64,000 nt of DNA, from NCBI GenBank assembly GCA_011087645.1, contig JAALLF010000009.1, positions 51,348-115,347 on the forward strand, in the 5' to 3' direction. The translations under genes were made by a program, and so were the position numbers. Source of the stretch: Alphaproteobacteria bacterium (GTDB lineage Bacteria; Pseudomonadota; Alphaproteobacteria; UBA6615). The notes beneath the pieces are model-generated. The model did not search any database. It was not told the origin of the DNA and worked only from the letters and a program-made list of their open reading frames with translations. This document shows, piece by piece, positions 9,004 to 19,145 of this stretch (positions within the stretch are counted from its first letter, which is position 1; every line of letters starts with the position of its first letter).

Positions 9004-9930
9004 CTACAGATAGTGGCGAAACCAAGCGGTGGTCTCGCTAGCCACCGTTTCAAAGTACTCGGTATTAGAGAATTCATAAACATGATTATGCCGCGCACCG
9101 GGTAGTTCGACCAGCTTCTTAGGTTCGCCACATTTCTCATAAGTCGCCACCACTTCCTCCGGCGGGACAATCGAGTCGAACTCGGCGGCGAAAAATAGGA
9201 CCGGCCGCGGCGATATGCGGTCGACCACCCAATCGGGCTTGTAACGCAAACATGCCTCGACGCTCTCCATGTCCACATGGGTCACATCTTCCGCGCCATG
9301 TTCTTCGAAAGTCAGTTTCGGTTTCTCCACCGCGTCCGGATCGTTGGGATAAATATCGTAGCGGTAGATCATCTCCTGCTCGCCGGTCACCACGCGGCGG
9401 CGCGCCTCCTCACGAACTTGGTCGCGAAAATTGAACCAGTCATAGGCCGAGCGCACCGAGCGCAGCCAACGCTCGCCATCATGGACGCCGACAGCGGAGA
9501 CGACGACCTTCATGCGCGGATCGAAGGCGGCCGCCCAAACGGCGTTGGCGGCGCCGAAGCTAGAGCCGTATACGCCGATCCGGTCAGCCGCGACGCCGTC
9601 GACGGTTTCCAGATAGGTCACTGCGTCATAGGTATTTTGCGCCTGCTCCAGCGGCCGGTGCCGGCCGCGTTCGCCTTCGGCCTCGCCATAGCCGCGATAA
9701 TCCGGCGCCAGCGCCACGAAGCCCTCACGCGCAAGCCGGCGCGGAATGTCGATGGTCGCGACATTCTTGCGACCGGTATAGCCGGTCAGGCAAACCACCG
9801 CCGGCAAGGGCGCGTCGCCAACCTGCCAGCTATCCGGGCGGTACAGATGGGCGGTAATTTTGAGACCGTCGCTATAATAAAAAACGTTCTCGCGGGTCAT
9901 GCCCTCTTCGGTCACGACATTACCGCTCAT
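9004..9930 (-). CDS. alpha/beta hydrolase
   Basis: 308 aa with nucleophile elbow GSSFG. Its ATG overlaps the upstream hydrolase stop (ATGA at 9927-9930). Confidence 0.8.
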   Translation of the reverse strand: MSGNVVTEEGMTRENVFYYSDGLKITAHLYRPDSWQVGDAPLPAVVCLTGYTGRKNVATIDIPRRLAREGFVALAPDYRGYGEAEGERGRHRPLEQAQNTYDAVTYLETVDGVAADRIGVYGSSFGAANAVWAAAFDPRMKVVVSAVGVHDGERWLRSVRSAYDWFNFRDQVREEARRRVVTGEQEMIYRYDIYPNDPDAVEKPKLTFEEHGAEDVTHVDMESVEACLRYKPDWVVDRISPRPVLFFAAEFDSIVPPEEVVATYEKCGEPKKLVELPGARHNHVYEFSNTEYFETVASETTAWFRHYL

Positions 9931-10847
9931 GTGAGTTTCCCGCGCCGGTCATGGGCCTCCTGCAACCACGGGGGTTTTTTCGGCGCGCGGCGAGACCCAT
10001 CGGTGGGGATCCACTCGGCGAACCAATCGACCGCGTCTTTCAGCCCGGCGCTGGTGCCCGGTTCCTCGTAAAAGCCGAACTGATCGTGGTTGTAGGCGAT
10101 CATTTTCTTCGGCTCGTGCGCCTTGGCGTAGCCCTCGTAGATCTGATCGATCGGGTGAATGACGTCGTACCCGCCGGCGGTCACAATCAGCAATGGGCGC
10201 GGCGCGATCAGATGGATCGCGTCGGAAGCGTTGAACTCGATGATTTTCTCCATGGATTCCATGGCGATGTCGAGCCGGTGGGTCTCGACCGAACTCATCC
10301 AATTGGTGACCAGCTCTACATCGTCGTCCGACGGCATGGCGCTAAATTCGCCTTCGCTACCATGGCTCACCACATCGATGCGCGCGCTGTCTTCGCCATT
10401 CGCCCGGCGCTCGCGGTCCTCGTCGATGCGGTCGAGCAGATCTTCCCACTGCACCCCGGTGCGCAGCGAGCGCATCCATTTGCGCGAATTCATGATCGGC
10501 ACCTGCGCCACCACGCATTTCACCCGGCGGTCATAGGCCGCAGTCTGGATGACAATGCCGCCGCCATAGCTGGTGCCCCAGATACCGATTTGGTCCGTCA
10601 TCACATCGGCGCGGCGCTGCAAATAGGTAATCGCGTTCTTGTAGTCTTCGACCTGCCATTCGGGGAACAGCCGCGCGCGGGGCTCGCCGTCGCTGCGCCC
10701 GAAGGTGCGGTAGTCGATGGTCAGGGTGACATAGCCGGCGTCGGCGAAGTACTGGCCGTGGAATTGCAACACCTCTTTGACGCCGCTGAAACCATGGCCG
10801 ACCACGATCGCCGGACGCGGATTAGCGGCATCGCAGCCGTCGGGCAT
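9927..10847 (-). CDS. alpha/beta hydrolase, paralogue of 9004-9930; 5' end unresolved
   Basis: Nucleophile elbow GTSYG. The first ATG is at 10847, but homology to the paralogue's N-terminus continues upstream with no start codon (see findings). Confidence 0.75.
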   Translation of the reverse strand: MPDGCDAANPRPAIVVGHGFSGVKEVLQFHGQYFADAGYVTLTIDYRTFGRSDGEPRARLFPEWQVEDYKNAITYLQRRADVMTDQIGIWGTSYGGGIVIQTAAYDRRVKCVVAQVPIMNSRKWMRSLRTGVQWEDLLDRIDEDRERRANGEDSARIDVVSHGSEGEFSAMPSDDDVELVTNWMSSVETHRLDIAMESMEKIIEFNASDAIHLIAPRPLLIVTAGGYDVIHPIDQIYEGYAKAHEPKKMIAYNHDQFGFYEEPGTSAGLKDAVDWFAEWIPTDGSRRAPKKPPWLQEAHDRRGKLT

Positions 10848-10949
10848 AAACAGGTCGCCCTTACACGCGACCCCTTCGCTATAAAATGTAATCTCTTCGA
10901 TGTGAAACGACCCCCCGATATGTCTAGCCGCGCGCCGTTGGCCGGCGCT

Positions 10950-12347
10950 TCAGTTAATTGCTGGCCGCTTGTCCGCCCACGGCCGGGCTTCCTCGAACGC
11001 TGCGGCGGCACGGAAAATATCCACCTCACCCAAATGACTTCCGACAATCTGCAGGCCCACCGGCAAGCCGTCGACAAAGCCGCAGGGCACCGATGCAGCG
11101 GGCAAGCCAGTCAGGTTGAAGGGGTAGGTATAGGTCAGCCAGCCAATGACATTGTCGACGGAGCCACGCCCCGGCGGGTAGTCTTCACCAGCATCGAAAG
11201 CGATGACCGGCAATGTCGGCGTCAGTAGCAAATCGTAATCGGCGAAAAAGTCATACACCGTGTTGCGAAGATTGTAGCGCTGGAAAACCTTATTGTAATA
11301 CTCCCCCATGTCCTGACCCAGCGCGCCATCAAGCATGTGGGCGACAGTCGGATCGAGCAATTCGCGTGAATTCTCCAGCACCGGGCGCAGACGCGTGCCG
11401 GCGCCAGCAAAGAATTCCGACATAATTAGATCGAGCGGATCATCAAAGACTTTATCGACCTCGGTAACCTGACAACCCAGTTCTTCAAATACGCCAACCG
11501 CGGCAGTGACCGTCGCCAATACCTCGGGGTCAGGGTCGCCATAGCCGAGGGTTGGGCTCCAAGCGATGCGCAGACCCTTCGCCGGTTGGTCGCACGCGGC
11601 CAAGAAGTCGGGCACTTCCTGCGCCACGGCGCCGGCATCGCGGGCGTCGTAACCGGAAATTGACTGGAGCAACAATGCGCCGTCACGCACCGTTCGCGCC
11701 AAGGGGCCAACATGGGCCAGGGTTGGTGTCGCGCTCACCGGGAAGACCGGGACCCGGCCGAAGTGAGCCTTAATGCCGAACAGACCGGTCAAGGCCGAGG
11801 GAATTCTCACCGATCCGCCGCCATCGGTGCCAAGGCCGAACGGCGATACGCCCGCAGCGATACTCGCCGCCGCGCCGCAACTCGACCCCCCGGTGGTCTT
11901 TTCCAAATTCCACGGATTACGGGTGACGCCGGTCAGCGGAGAATCGCCAACCGCCTTGCAGCCGAATTCCGACGTGGTGGTTTTGCCGAGGATCGCGCCG
12001 CCATCGGCTCGGATCCGTTCCACCGAGGGGGCATCGATATCCGACATATTGTCGGCCATCGCCCGCGAGCCAAATGTCATTCTGGCGCCCTTGGCGGCGA
12101 TCAAATCCTTGACCGAGACCGGCAGACCATGGAGCGGCCCCAATTCGGCGCCCGACATGACCGCGTCCTCAGCGGCGCGCGCAGCCTCCATTGCTTGGTC
12201 TTCCGTAACATCGAGGAAGGCGTTGATCGACGGCTCGACCTCACGCAGGCGAGCGAGCGAACCCGACACCACATCAACCGGCGACACCTGCTTAGAACGC
12301 ACCATATCGCGTAGCTCCAACGCACTCTTCCAGGTCAGTTCCGACAT
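10950..12347 (-). CDS. amidase (amidase-signature family)
   Basis: GGSSCGAAASIAAG signature plus a catalytic-Lys context (VSVKDLIA). GAGGAG precedes the ATG. Confidence 0.9.
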   Translation of the reverse strand: MSELTWKSALELRDMVRSKQVSPVDVVSGSLARLREVEPSINAFLDVTEDQAMEAARAAEDAVMSGAELGPLHGLPVSVKDLIAAKGARMTFGSRAMADNMSDIDAPSVERIRADGGAILGKTTTSEFGCKAVGDSPLTGVTRNPWNLEKTTGGSSCGAAASIAAGVSPFGLGTDGGGSVRIPSALTGLFGIKAHFGRVPVFPVSATPTLAHVGPLARTVRDGALLLQSISGYDARDAGAVAQEVPDFLAACDQPAKGLRIAWSPTLGYGDPDPEVLATVTAAVGVFEELGCQVTEVDKVFDDPLDLIMSEFFAGAGTRLRPVLENSRELLDPTVAHMLDGALGQDMGEYYNKVFQRYNLRNTVYDFFADYDLLLTPTLPVIAFDAGEDYPPGRGSVDNVIGWLTYTYPFNLTGLPAASVPCGFVDGLPVGLQIVGSHLGEVDIFRAAAAFEEARPWADKRPAIN

Positions 12348-12369
12348 GGTCGTACTCCTCGGACAGGGA

Positions 12370-13462
12370 TTAGACAGCGCCCCAGCGCGGATCGAATGTG
12401 GCGGCAGGCCGGTCGAGCGACGTTTCGAACGCTGCCAGAATATCCTCTTTTGAAAGCCGCCGGCCGATCACCACCAATCTGGTCTGCCGTTTTCCCCCAG
12501 GCCAGACATCGGTATGGGACGGCGGGCTGAACACCGCTTGGACCCCTTGGATGATCACCGGCAGTTCGACCGCATCGATTTGCACAATCGCCTTCACCCG
12601 GAACAGATCATCGCCATAGCTGTCGACCAGCCCTTGCAGGAAAGCTACGAAGGGCTCCCAATGCAGCGGCCGTTCCTCGACGATCGACACCGAGACGATA
12701 TCCGAGTGGGCGTGATCGTGCGCATGCTCATGGGGCGAGTGACCATGGTCATGCTCATTATCCCCGTCCCCGCCGATCCAGTCGGGGACCACATCGTCGC
12801 GCAGTTTGGGTTCGAACAGATCGATGTCGAGCAGGCGCTCAACGCCGATGCGGCCATATTCGGCAACTTCGCGCGGCGCCAACGGGTTGAGATCGTCTAA
12901 GACTTCAATCCCGGCTTCGTATTCCTCATCGCTGACAAGGTCGCGCTTGTTCAAGATCAACGTCGGCAAAGGCGATTTGCTTACGCGCTTCGTCGGTGGT
13001 CTCAACCATCTTTTGAAAATGCTTGAGGTCGATCATGGTCAACACCGCGTCCAACCGATAGGTCAAGCTGAGGGTCATATCGGTGTAGAAGAGCTGCGCC
13101 AGGGGAGTCGGGTCGGCGATCCCGGTGGTTTCGACGAGCACCCGGTCAAATTCGATCTTGGGCTCGATGATGCCACCGCGGCGCTGGACCAACCGCAATA
13201 GCGTGGTCAGCAGATCGTCCTTCATGGCGCAACAGATGCAGCCGTTGGTCAGCTCCATCATCTCGTCGTCGGCGCGGGTAATCAGGTCGCCGTCGATGCC
13301 GATCTCCCCGAATTCATTGACGATCACCGCTGTCTTGCCGCTATCGGGGCTCGACAGGATATGGTTGAGCATTGTCGTCTTGCCCGACCCCAGAAACCCG
13401 GTGAGCAAGGTCAGTGGCGCCCGCCGGTCGGCCGTTTCGCCATCGTGTGTTTCGGAAGTCAC
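12370..13462 (-). pseudogene. CobW/COG0523 G3E-family metallochaperone GTPase, interrupted by a frameshift near 12958-12963
   Basis: The N-terminal ORF carries GFLGSGKTT (P-loop) and NGCICCAM (CxCC). The C-terminal ORF carries LILNKRDLV and a His-rich tract (EHDHGHSPHEHAHDHAHS, 12703-12768). The two overlap in different frames. Confidence 0.8.
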
Positions 13463-13512
13463 GGTTCGGATTTCCCGCGGCGGCCAAAAATGACCGCCGC
13501 ACAGGGTCGATC

Positions 13513-14226
13513 CTAGCTGAGCACGGCGAAGGCGCGCACCGGCGAGCCGCTACCGCCGTTCAACTTCAATGGCACGCCGGAGAAGAAGAACTCACCGGCG
13601 CCGATCAACTCTTCCATGTTTACCAGCCACTCGTAATGGGTGATGCCACGCTCGCGGCAGACCCGGTGGCTGGGAAACTCCGACCAATCTGGACGATCGG
13701 TCGAGGGGCCTTCGACACCGTGGATCTTGGAACCCCGGTCGGCCAGCCAATGTGTAGCGGCTTCCGTAAGACCCCAATTGGCGATAACGCATTCCGGATT
13801 GGGATAATGGCGCTTGGTTAGGCCAGAACACATCAAGACGATATGGCCGTCGATCTCCACACCCGCTTTCTCTTGCGCTTCCTCTATGTCGCCAACGTCG
13901 ACGTCGCCGAGGTCAGGGATGTGCTGCAAGTCGAGACAAACCGCTTTGCCCATGAACATATCCAACGGCATCTGATCGACCGGCATGCCATCGGGATTTA
14001 CGTGGAAGAATGCATCGATATGAGTGCCGATATGGTCGATCGTGCTGATATGGGTGGTGGCGAACGTCATCGGGTCGTCCGGCACGCCAAGGCCGAAATC
14101 TTTGGTGTTTTCGTGGGTGTGGTGCGGAATGATCACAGGTCGCTGAAACAGCCTGTGCGCCGGCATATTGTCTTCGAGCGTGAGCGTCAAATCGACGATA
14201 CGCCCGGAAATATTGTTAACCGCCAT
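13513..14226 (-). CDS. cyclase family protein (kynurenine-formamidase-like metal amidohydrolase)
   Basis: HIGTHIDAFFH matches the HxGTHxDxPxH cyclase motif. GGAGAGGAA precedes the ATG. Confidence 0.8.
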   Translation of the reverse strand: MAVNNISGRIVDLTLTLEDNMPAHRLFQRPVIIPHHTHENTKDFGLGVPDDPMTFATTHISTIDHIGTHIDAFFHVNPDGMPVDQMPLDMFMGKAVCLDLQHIPDLGDVDVGDIEEAQEKAGVEIDGHIVLMCSGLTKRHYPNPECVIANWGLTEAATHWLADRGSKIHGVEGPSTDRPDWSEFPSHRVCRERGITHYEWLVNMEELIGAGEFFFSGVPLKLNGGSGSPVRAFAVLS

Positions 14227-14318
14227 GGTTCCTCTCCCCTGTTTTTTCTAGTTAAGGGGCAATTCCATAGGGAGTCAAACGCGCCACCGTGGCGCGGGTC
14301 GACAGATCGACGCGTATT

Positions 14319-16127
14319 TTAAGACAGGCGCGCCTTGAGGTCCTGGCGTTGACTTTCCAATGCCGCCGGCAAGCGGTCGCCGAAATCGTCGAACAACGCT
14401 TTCTGAGCGTCGGCTTCCTGCATGGCGGCCTGCGGATCGACGGTCATGATGTCGCCGAACGACGCGGCCGAGAAGTCCAGCCCGGTCCAGGTCAAGTCCT
14501 CATAGCTGGGCATCATGCCAATCGGCGTTTCTTCGGCGTGGCCGTGGCCGTTGACCCGGTCGACGATCCATTCGAGCACCCGCATATTCTCGCCGAAGCC
14601 CGGCCAGATGAAGTTGCCCTCGGCGTCCTTGCGGAACCAGTTCACCCGGAAGATCTGCGGCGGGTTGGCTAATTTTCCGCCGAGGGTCAGCCAGTGCTGC
14701 CAATAGTCGGCCATGTTGTAGCCGCAGAAGGGCAGCATCGCCATCGGGTCGCGGCGGATCGCAGCTTGGTCGACCGCGGCGGCCGTCGCCTCGGAGCCCA
14801 TGGTGGCCGCCATATAGACGCCGTGCTCCCAATCGCGGGCCTCATAGACCAGCGGGAAGGTGTTGCTCAGCCGACCGCCGAAAATAAACGCGCTGATCGG
14901 CACGCCATTGGGATCGTCCCAGGCCGGGTCGGCACTGGGGCATTGGCTGGTGGCGCAGGTAAAGCGCGCATTGGGATGGGCCGCCAAGACGTCGCTATCC
15001 GGCGTCCAGTCGTTGCCTTTCCAATCGATCAGATGATCGGGCGTCTCGCCGTCTTTGCCTTCCCACCACACATCGCCATCATCGGTCAGCGCGACATTGG
15101 TGAAGATGGTATCGCGCTCCATCATCGTCATGGCGTTGGGGTTGGTCTTCATCGACGTGCCCGGCACCACGCCGAAATAGCCGGCTTCCGGGTTGATCGC
15201 GTAGAGGCGGCCGTCATCGCCCGGCTTGATCCAGGCAATGTCGTCGCCGACCGTGCTCACAGTCCAGCCGTCATAGCCTTCCGGCGGAATTAGCATGGCT
15301 AAATTTGTCTTGCCGCAGGCGCTGGGGAACGCGGCGGCGACATAGGTCTTTTCACCGCGCGGCGATTCTAAACCGAGGATCAGCATATGCTCGGCCAACC
15401 AGCCCTCGTCGCGCGCCATCACCGAGGCAATGCGCAGCGAGAAACATTTCTTGCCGAGCAACGCGTTACCGCCATAGCCGCTGCCATAGGACCAAATCGA
15501 ACGTTCTTCGGGAAATTGAATGATGTATTTGGTGTCGTTGCACGGCCACGGCACATCGGCCTGGCCCGGTTCGAGCGGCGCGCCGACCGAATGCATGCAC
15601 GGCACGAACTCACCATCGTCGCCCAATACATCGAGCGCCGCCTGACCCATGCGGGTCATCACGCGCATGCTCATCGCCACATAGGGAGAATCGGTCAGCT
15701 GCACACCGATATGGGCGATGTGCGAGCCCAGCGGGCCCATGCTGAAGGGCACCACATACATCCGCCGGCCGCGCATGCAGCCGGTGTAGAGCCCCTTCAT
15801 GGTCTCGCGCATTTCGTCGGGGTCGATCCAGTTATTGGTCGGTCCTGCGTCGACCTCTTCGCGCGAACAGATAAAGGTGCGGTTCTCGACCCGCGCGACA
15901 TCGTCGGGATCGGAGCGCGCGAGGAAGCAACCCGGACGCTTTTCCGGATTGAGCGGTAGCAGCGTACCGGCTTCGACCATGAGGGCGGTTAGCCGATCGA
16001 ATTCATCCTTCGACCCGTCGCACCAATAAACGCTTTCGGGCGCGGCGAGCGCAACCATCTCGTCGATCCAGGCCAACAATTTGGCGTTCTTCGTGCCCAC
16101 CCGTAACGGCTCGGCTAGCTCAGCCAT
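14319..16127 (-). CDS. pckG: phosphoenolpyruvate carboxykinase (GTP)
   Basis: [13 protein letters not shown] kinase-1a motif, [18 protein letters not shown], and the length expected of GTP-type PEPCK. ATG 16127 follows AGGGGA. Confidence 0.9.
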   Translation of the reverse strand: MAELAEPLRVGTKNAKLLAWIDEMVALAAPESVYWCDGSKDEFDRLTALMVEAGTLLPLNPEKRPGCFLARSDPDDVARVENRTFICSREEVDAGPTNNWIDPDEMRETMKGLYTGCMRGRRMYVVPFSMGPLGSHIAHIGVQLTDSPYVAMSMRVMTRMGQAALDVLGDDGEFVPCMHSVGAPLEPGQADVPWPCNDTKYIIQFPEERSIWSYGSGYGGNALLGKKCFSLRIASVMARDEGWLAEHMLILGLESPRGEKTYVAAAFPSACGKTNLAMLIPPEGYDGWTVSTVGDDIAWIKPGDDGRLYAINPEAGYFGVVPGTSMKTNPNAMTMMERDTIFTNVALTDDGDVWWEGKDGETPDHLIDWKGNDWTPDSDVLAAHPNARFTCATSQCPSADPAWDDPNGVPISAFIFGGRLSNTFPLVYEARDWEHGVYMAATMGSEATAAAVDQAAIRRDPMAMLPFCGYNMADYWQHWLTLGGKLANPPQIFRVNWFRKDAEGNFIWPGFGENMRVLEWIVDRVNGHGHAEETPIGMMPSYEDLTWTGLDFSAASFGDIMTVDPQAAMQEADAQKALFDDFGDRLPAALESQRQDLKARLS

Positions 16128-16381
16128 TGTACTCGTCCCCTCTGCTCGCCGGTTGGCGATAACTGCAGTTACCCTGCTTAAACTAAACAATAAACTGATT
16201 GAGTCGGGTGATGTAAATAGCCGCGTGAGAATCGTTTCGGTGGATTAATGATGATTCCCGCCAAAACCCCGCAAATCCGCCAGCCTGATCGCTAAAATGC
16301 TTTATTAAGGGGGCGCGTCCGATCGTCGCGGCGTATAGTAAGGTCCCCACCCGTTGTTCTCCCCCAGCCCATTAGAAACGA

Positions 16382-17560
16382 ATGCCCCGTAACGTCAGGT
16401 TCGTCGCCCTCCTCGCGTTGATGTCCGGTCTCGCGCCGATCTCGATCCATATCCTGCTGCCGGTGTTGCCGGAGATCGAGCGGGCCTTTGGGCGCGGCGG
16501 CGGTGTCAGCCAGCTCACCCTGACGCTCGGCCTGGTCGCCATGGCGGTGACGACGATTGCCTATGGCCCCGCCGCCGACCGGTTCGGGCGCAAACCCGTC
16601 TTGCTGTTCGGCTTGGCGCTGTTCGCCTTTGGCAGCCTGTTGTGCATCTGGTCGCCCAACATCGAAGTGCTGATCGTCGGCCGTGTGGTGCAGGCCGCCG
16701 GCGGCGCCGCCGGCATGGTGATCAGCCGCGCCATTGTGCGCGACGTCTATGACCGCGAAGAGTCGGCGCGGATCATCGGCTATATGATGTCGATCATTAT
16801 TCTGGCGCCGATCTTCGCGCCGTTGATCGGCGGCTTTCTCACCGAACTCTTCGGCTGGCGATCGGTGTTCATATTCGCCGGCCTTATGGGCGCCATCGCC
16901 CTGGTGTTTACCCTCGTCGGTTACCGCGAAACGACACAGCGGTTGCCCGGCGGCAGTTTTCTCAGGGAAATCAGCACGGCGTTTCCGATCCTCCTCAAGG
17001 ACCGCGCGTTCCTGGCCTATACCGGTTACGCCTGCTTCGGCGTCAGCATCTTTATGACTTTCTCCGGCGGCCTGCCACACATCATGGTCAATCTGTTCGA
17101 CCGGCCGCCGTCGGATTTCGGGCTGTTCTTCATGATGATCATGACCGGGTTTATGATCGGCACTGTGTTGAGCACGCGGCTGACGCCAAAGATCGGCATC
17201 GAAAACATGATCCGCCGGGCTAGCGCCACCGGCTTCCTTGTCGCGCTTGTCATGCTGACGCTCCTGCTCACGGGCCATGTGTCGCCCTGGACGATCTTCG
17301 TCCCGGCCGCCGCGATGGGCATCTGCCATGGTCTGGCGATGCCCAACGCGCAGGCGGCCGGCGTTAGCGTCAATCCCTCCATCGCCGGGTCGGCATCGGG
17401 ATTGCTGATCTTCATTCAAATGGCGGTCGGCGCCGCCTTTGCCCAATCGGCTGGCATGATCCCCACCGACACGCCCTTCCCGCTGGTGATCCAAGTCACC
17501 ATCGCCGCGTTCCTGGCCTTCGCCAGTTTCAGCTTCTTAATTGGTCGCCGGCGGTCTTAA
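16382..17560 (+). CDS. MFS transporter (Bcr/CflA-like drug-resistance subfamily)
   Basis: 392 aa, 12 predicted TM helices, and GPAADRFGRKPVLL (MFS motif A). Confidence 0.8.
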   Translation: MPRNVRFVALLALMSGLAPISIHILLPVLPEIERAFGRGGGVSQLTLTLGLVAMAVTTIAYGPAADRFGRKPVLLFGLALFAFGSLLCIWSPNIEVLIVGRVVQAAGGAAGMVISRAIVRDVYDREESARIIGYMMSIIILAPIFAPLIGGFLTELFGWRSVFIFAGLMGAIALVFTLVGYRETTQRLPGGSFLREISTAFPILLKDRAFLAYTGYACFGVSIFMTFSGGLPHIMVNLFDRPPSDFGLFFMMIMTGFMIGTVLSTRLTPKIGIENMIRRASATGFLVALVMLTLLLTGHVSPWTIFVPAAAMGICHGLAMPNAQAAGVSVNPSIAGSASGLLIFIQMAVGAAFAQSAGMIPTDTPFPLVIQVTIAAFLAFASFSFLIGRRRS

Positions 17561-18975
17561 GGCGCGCCAATCGTCGCAATACGCAGAACGTTGGTGCTGC
17601 CCGGCGTGCCGAAGGGGACACCGGCGGTGATGATGATTTGCTCGCCGGCCTCAGCGAAACCCTCGCTCTCGGCGATGGCCGCGGCGCGGTCGACCATGTC
17701 GCGGAAGCTTTGGGCGTCCTCGGTCTCGACGCAGTGGACACCCCAGGCAATCGCCATGCGGCGCGCCGTGTCGCGGCTCGGCGTCAGCACCATGATTGGC
17801 ACGTCGGGCCGCTCGCGCGACGCGCGCAACCCGGTCGAGCCCGAGGTCGTGTAACAGACGATGGCCGCCACGCCGATGGTGTCCGCGACCTGGTGCGCCG
17901 CCAGCATGATGGCGTCCGCGCTGGTGGTCTCCGGCCGCGTCTCGGCCTGCTCAATGATCGCCCGGTATTGCGGATCGGTCTCCACCGAATGGGCCACCCG
18001 ATCCATCATGGTCACCGCTTCCAGCGGATAGCCGCCAACCGCCGATTCCGCCGATAACATCACCGCGTCGGCGCCCTCGAACACCGCGGTCGCCACGTCG
18101 GTCACCTCGGCGCGGGTCGGGGTCGGCGCCTCGATCATGGACTCAAGCATTTGCGTCGCCACGACGACGGGCTTACCGGCCCGCCGGGCCGCCCGGGTGA
18201 TGGTCTTCTGCAGACCCGGCACCTGCTCGATGGGCAACTCGACGCCCAAATCGCCGCGCGCCACCATGATGGCGTCGCTCACCTCCATGATTTCGTCGAG
18301 ATGGTCCATCGCCCGGGGCTTTTCCATTTTCGCCATCACCCAGGCGCGGTCGCCGATGATTTCGCGCGCTTCCGTAATGTCCGCCGCCCGCTGGACGAAA
18401 GACAGGGCGATCCAATCGACCCCCAGCGACAATCCAAAATCTAAGTCTTCCCGGTCTTTCGCCGATAGCGCCGTCACCGGCAGAATGGCGTCGGGCACGT
18501 TGACGCCTTTGTTCGAGGTCAACGAACCGCCGACTTTCACCACCGTATCGGCGCCATCCGGCGACACAGCGGTGACTTCGAGGCGAATTTTGCCATCGTC
18601 AAGCAGCAGCGCCATGCCCGGTTCCAGGGCCGCGAAGATTTCCGTGTGGGGTAGCGCGGCCCGCACGGCATCGCCCTCGGCCTCGTCGAGGTCGAGGCGG
18701 AACGGTTTGCCTTCCTCGAGCACCGTGCCATCGGCCATGGCGCCAACGCGCAATTTCGGCCCCTGCAGGTCGACCAGGATACCGATCGGCCGGCCGAGCT
18801 CCTGCTCCACGGTGCGGATCGCCTTGTGCCAGGCCGCGACATCGTCGTAATTACCGTGGCTCATATTCAATCTGAAAACGTCGGCGCCCGCCTCGAACAA
18901 CCGGCGGATCATTTCGGGCGAGCCGCTCGCCGGGCCCAGTGTCGCCAGCACTTTTACGTTGCGGGTTCGCCGCAT
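17557..18975 (-). CDS. pyk: pyruvate kinase
   Basis: MRRTRNVKVLATLGPAS, MVARGDLGVE and VATQMLESM motifs. I chose the ATG at 18975. Confidence 0.9.
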   Translation of the reverse strand: MRRTRNVKVLATLGPASGSPEMIRRLFEAGADVFRLNMSHGNYDDVAAWHKAIRTVEQELGRPIGILVDLQGPKLRVGAMADGTVLEEGKPFRLDLDEAEGDAVRAALPHTEIFAALEPGMALLLDDGKIRLEVTAVSPDGADTVVKVGGSLTSNKGVNVPDAILPVTALSAKDREDLDFGLSLGVDWIALSFVQRAADITEAREIIGDRAWVMAKMEKPRAMDHLDEIMEVSDAIMVARGDLGVELPIEQVPGLQKTITRAARRAGKPVVVATQMLESMIEAPTPTRAEVTDVATAVFEGADAVMLSAESAVGGYPLEAVTMMDRVAHSVETDPQYRAIIEQAETRPETTSADAIMLAAHQVADTIGVAAIVCYTTSGSTGLRASRERPDVPIMVLTPSRDTARRMAIAWGVHCVETEDAQSFRDMVDRAAAIAESEGFAEAGEQIIITAGVPFGTPGSTNVLRIATIGAP

Positions 18976-19145
18976 GGGAACTTTCCCTTTTATCCTCTGG
19001 TGGGTCCGCCAACGTAACACTACGCCGCGAATTCAACGCAACCGGAAATTAAGCAGGCGTGTCGCTAGCGCAGCCGGCATGACTTGTGCTGTATAGGGAC
19101 AACAATTCAACTCGTCCGAAGGCGAGTATCCGGGGGAATGAGTTT

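Noticed and set aside
10932-10952. Amidase TGA plus downstream hairpin as a second selenocysteine site
   Set aside because: The hairpin starts only 2 nt after the UGA, and its 5-nt loop (GCCAA) lacks SECIS features. The UGA is at the natural C-terminus of the amidase family rather than at a redox Cys. I kept it only as an unresolved start-codon/read-through question.
9951-11228. 425-aa plus-strand ORF spanning the hydrolase/amidase region
   Set aside because: It is antisense to two genes with clear catalytic motifs. Its composition is typical of shadow ORFs in high-GC DNA (Arg/Ala/Gly/His-rich).
16292-17494. 400-aa minus-strand ORF antisense to the MFS transporter
   Set aside because: It has an Arg/Asp/Gly/His-rich low-complexity translation with no motifs. 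It is the mirror frame of a GC-rich gene whose plus-strand product is a textbook 12-TM MFS protein.
14319-18975. PEPCK and pyruvate kinase flanking an MFS pump as a special module
   Set aside because: The three genes are in mixed orientation with their own promoters. These are ordinary central-metabolism genes with no unexplained sequence features.
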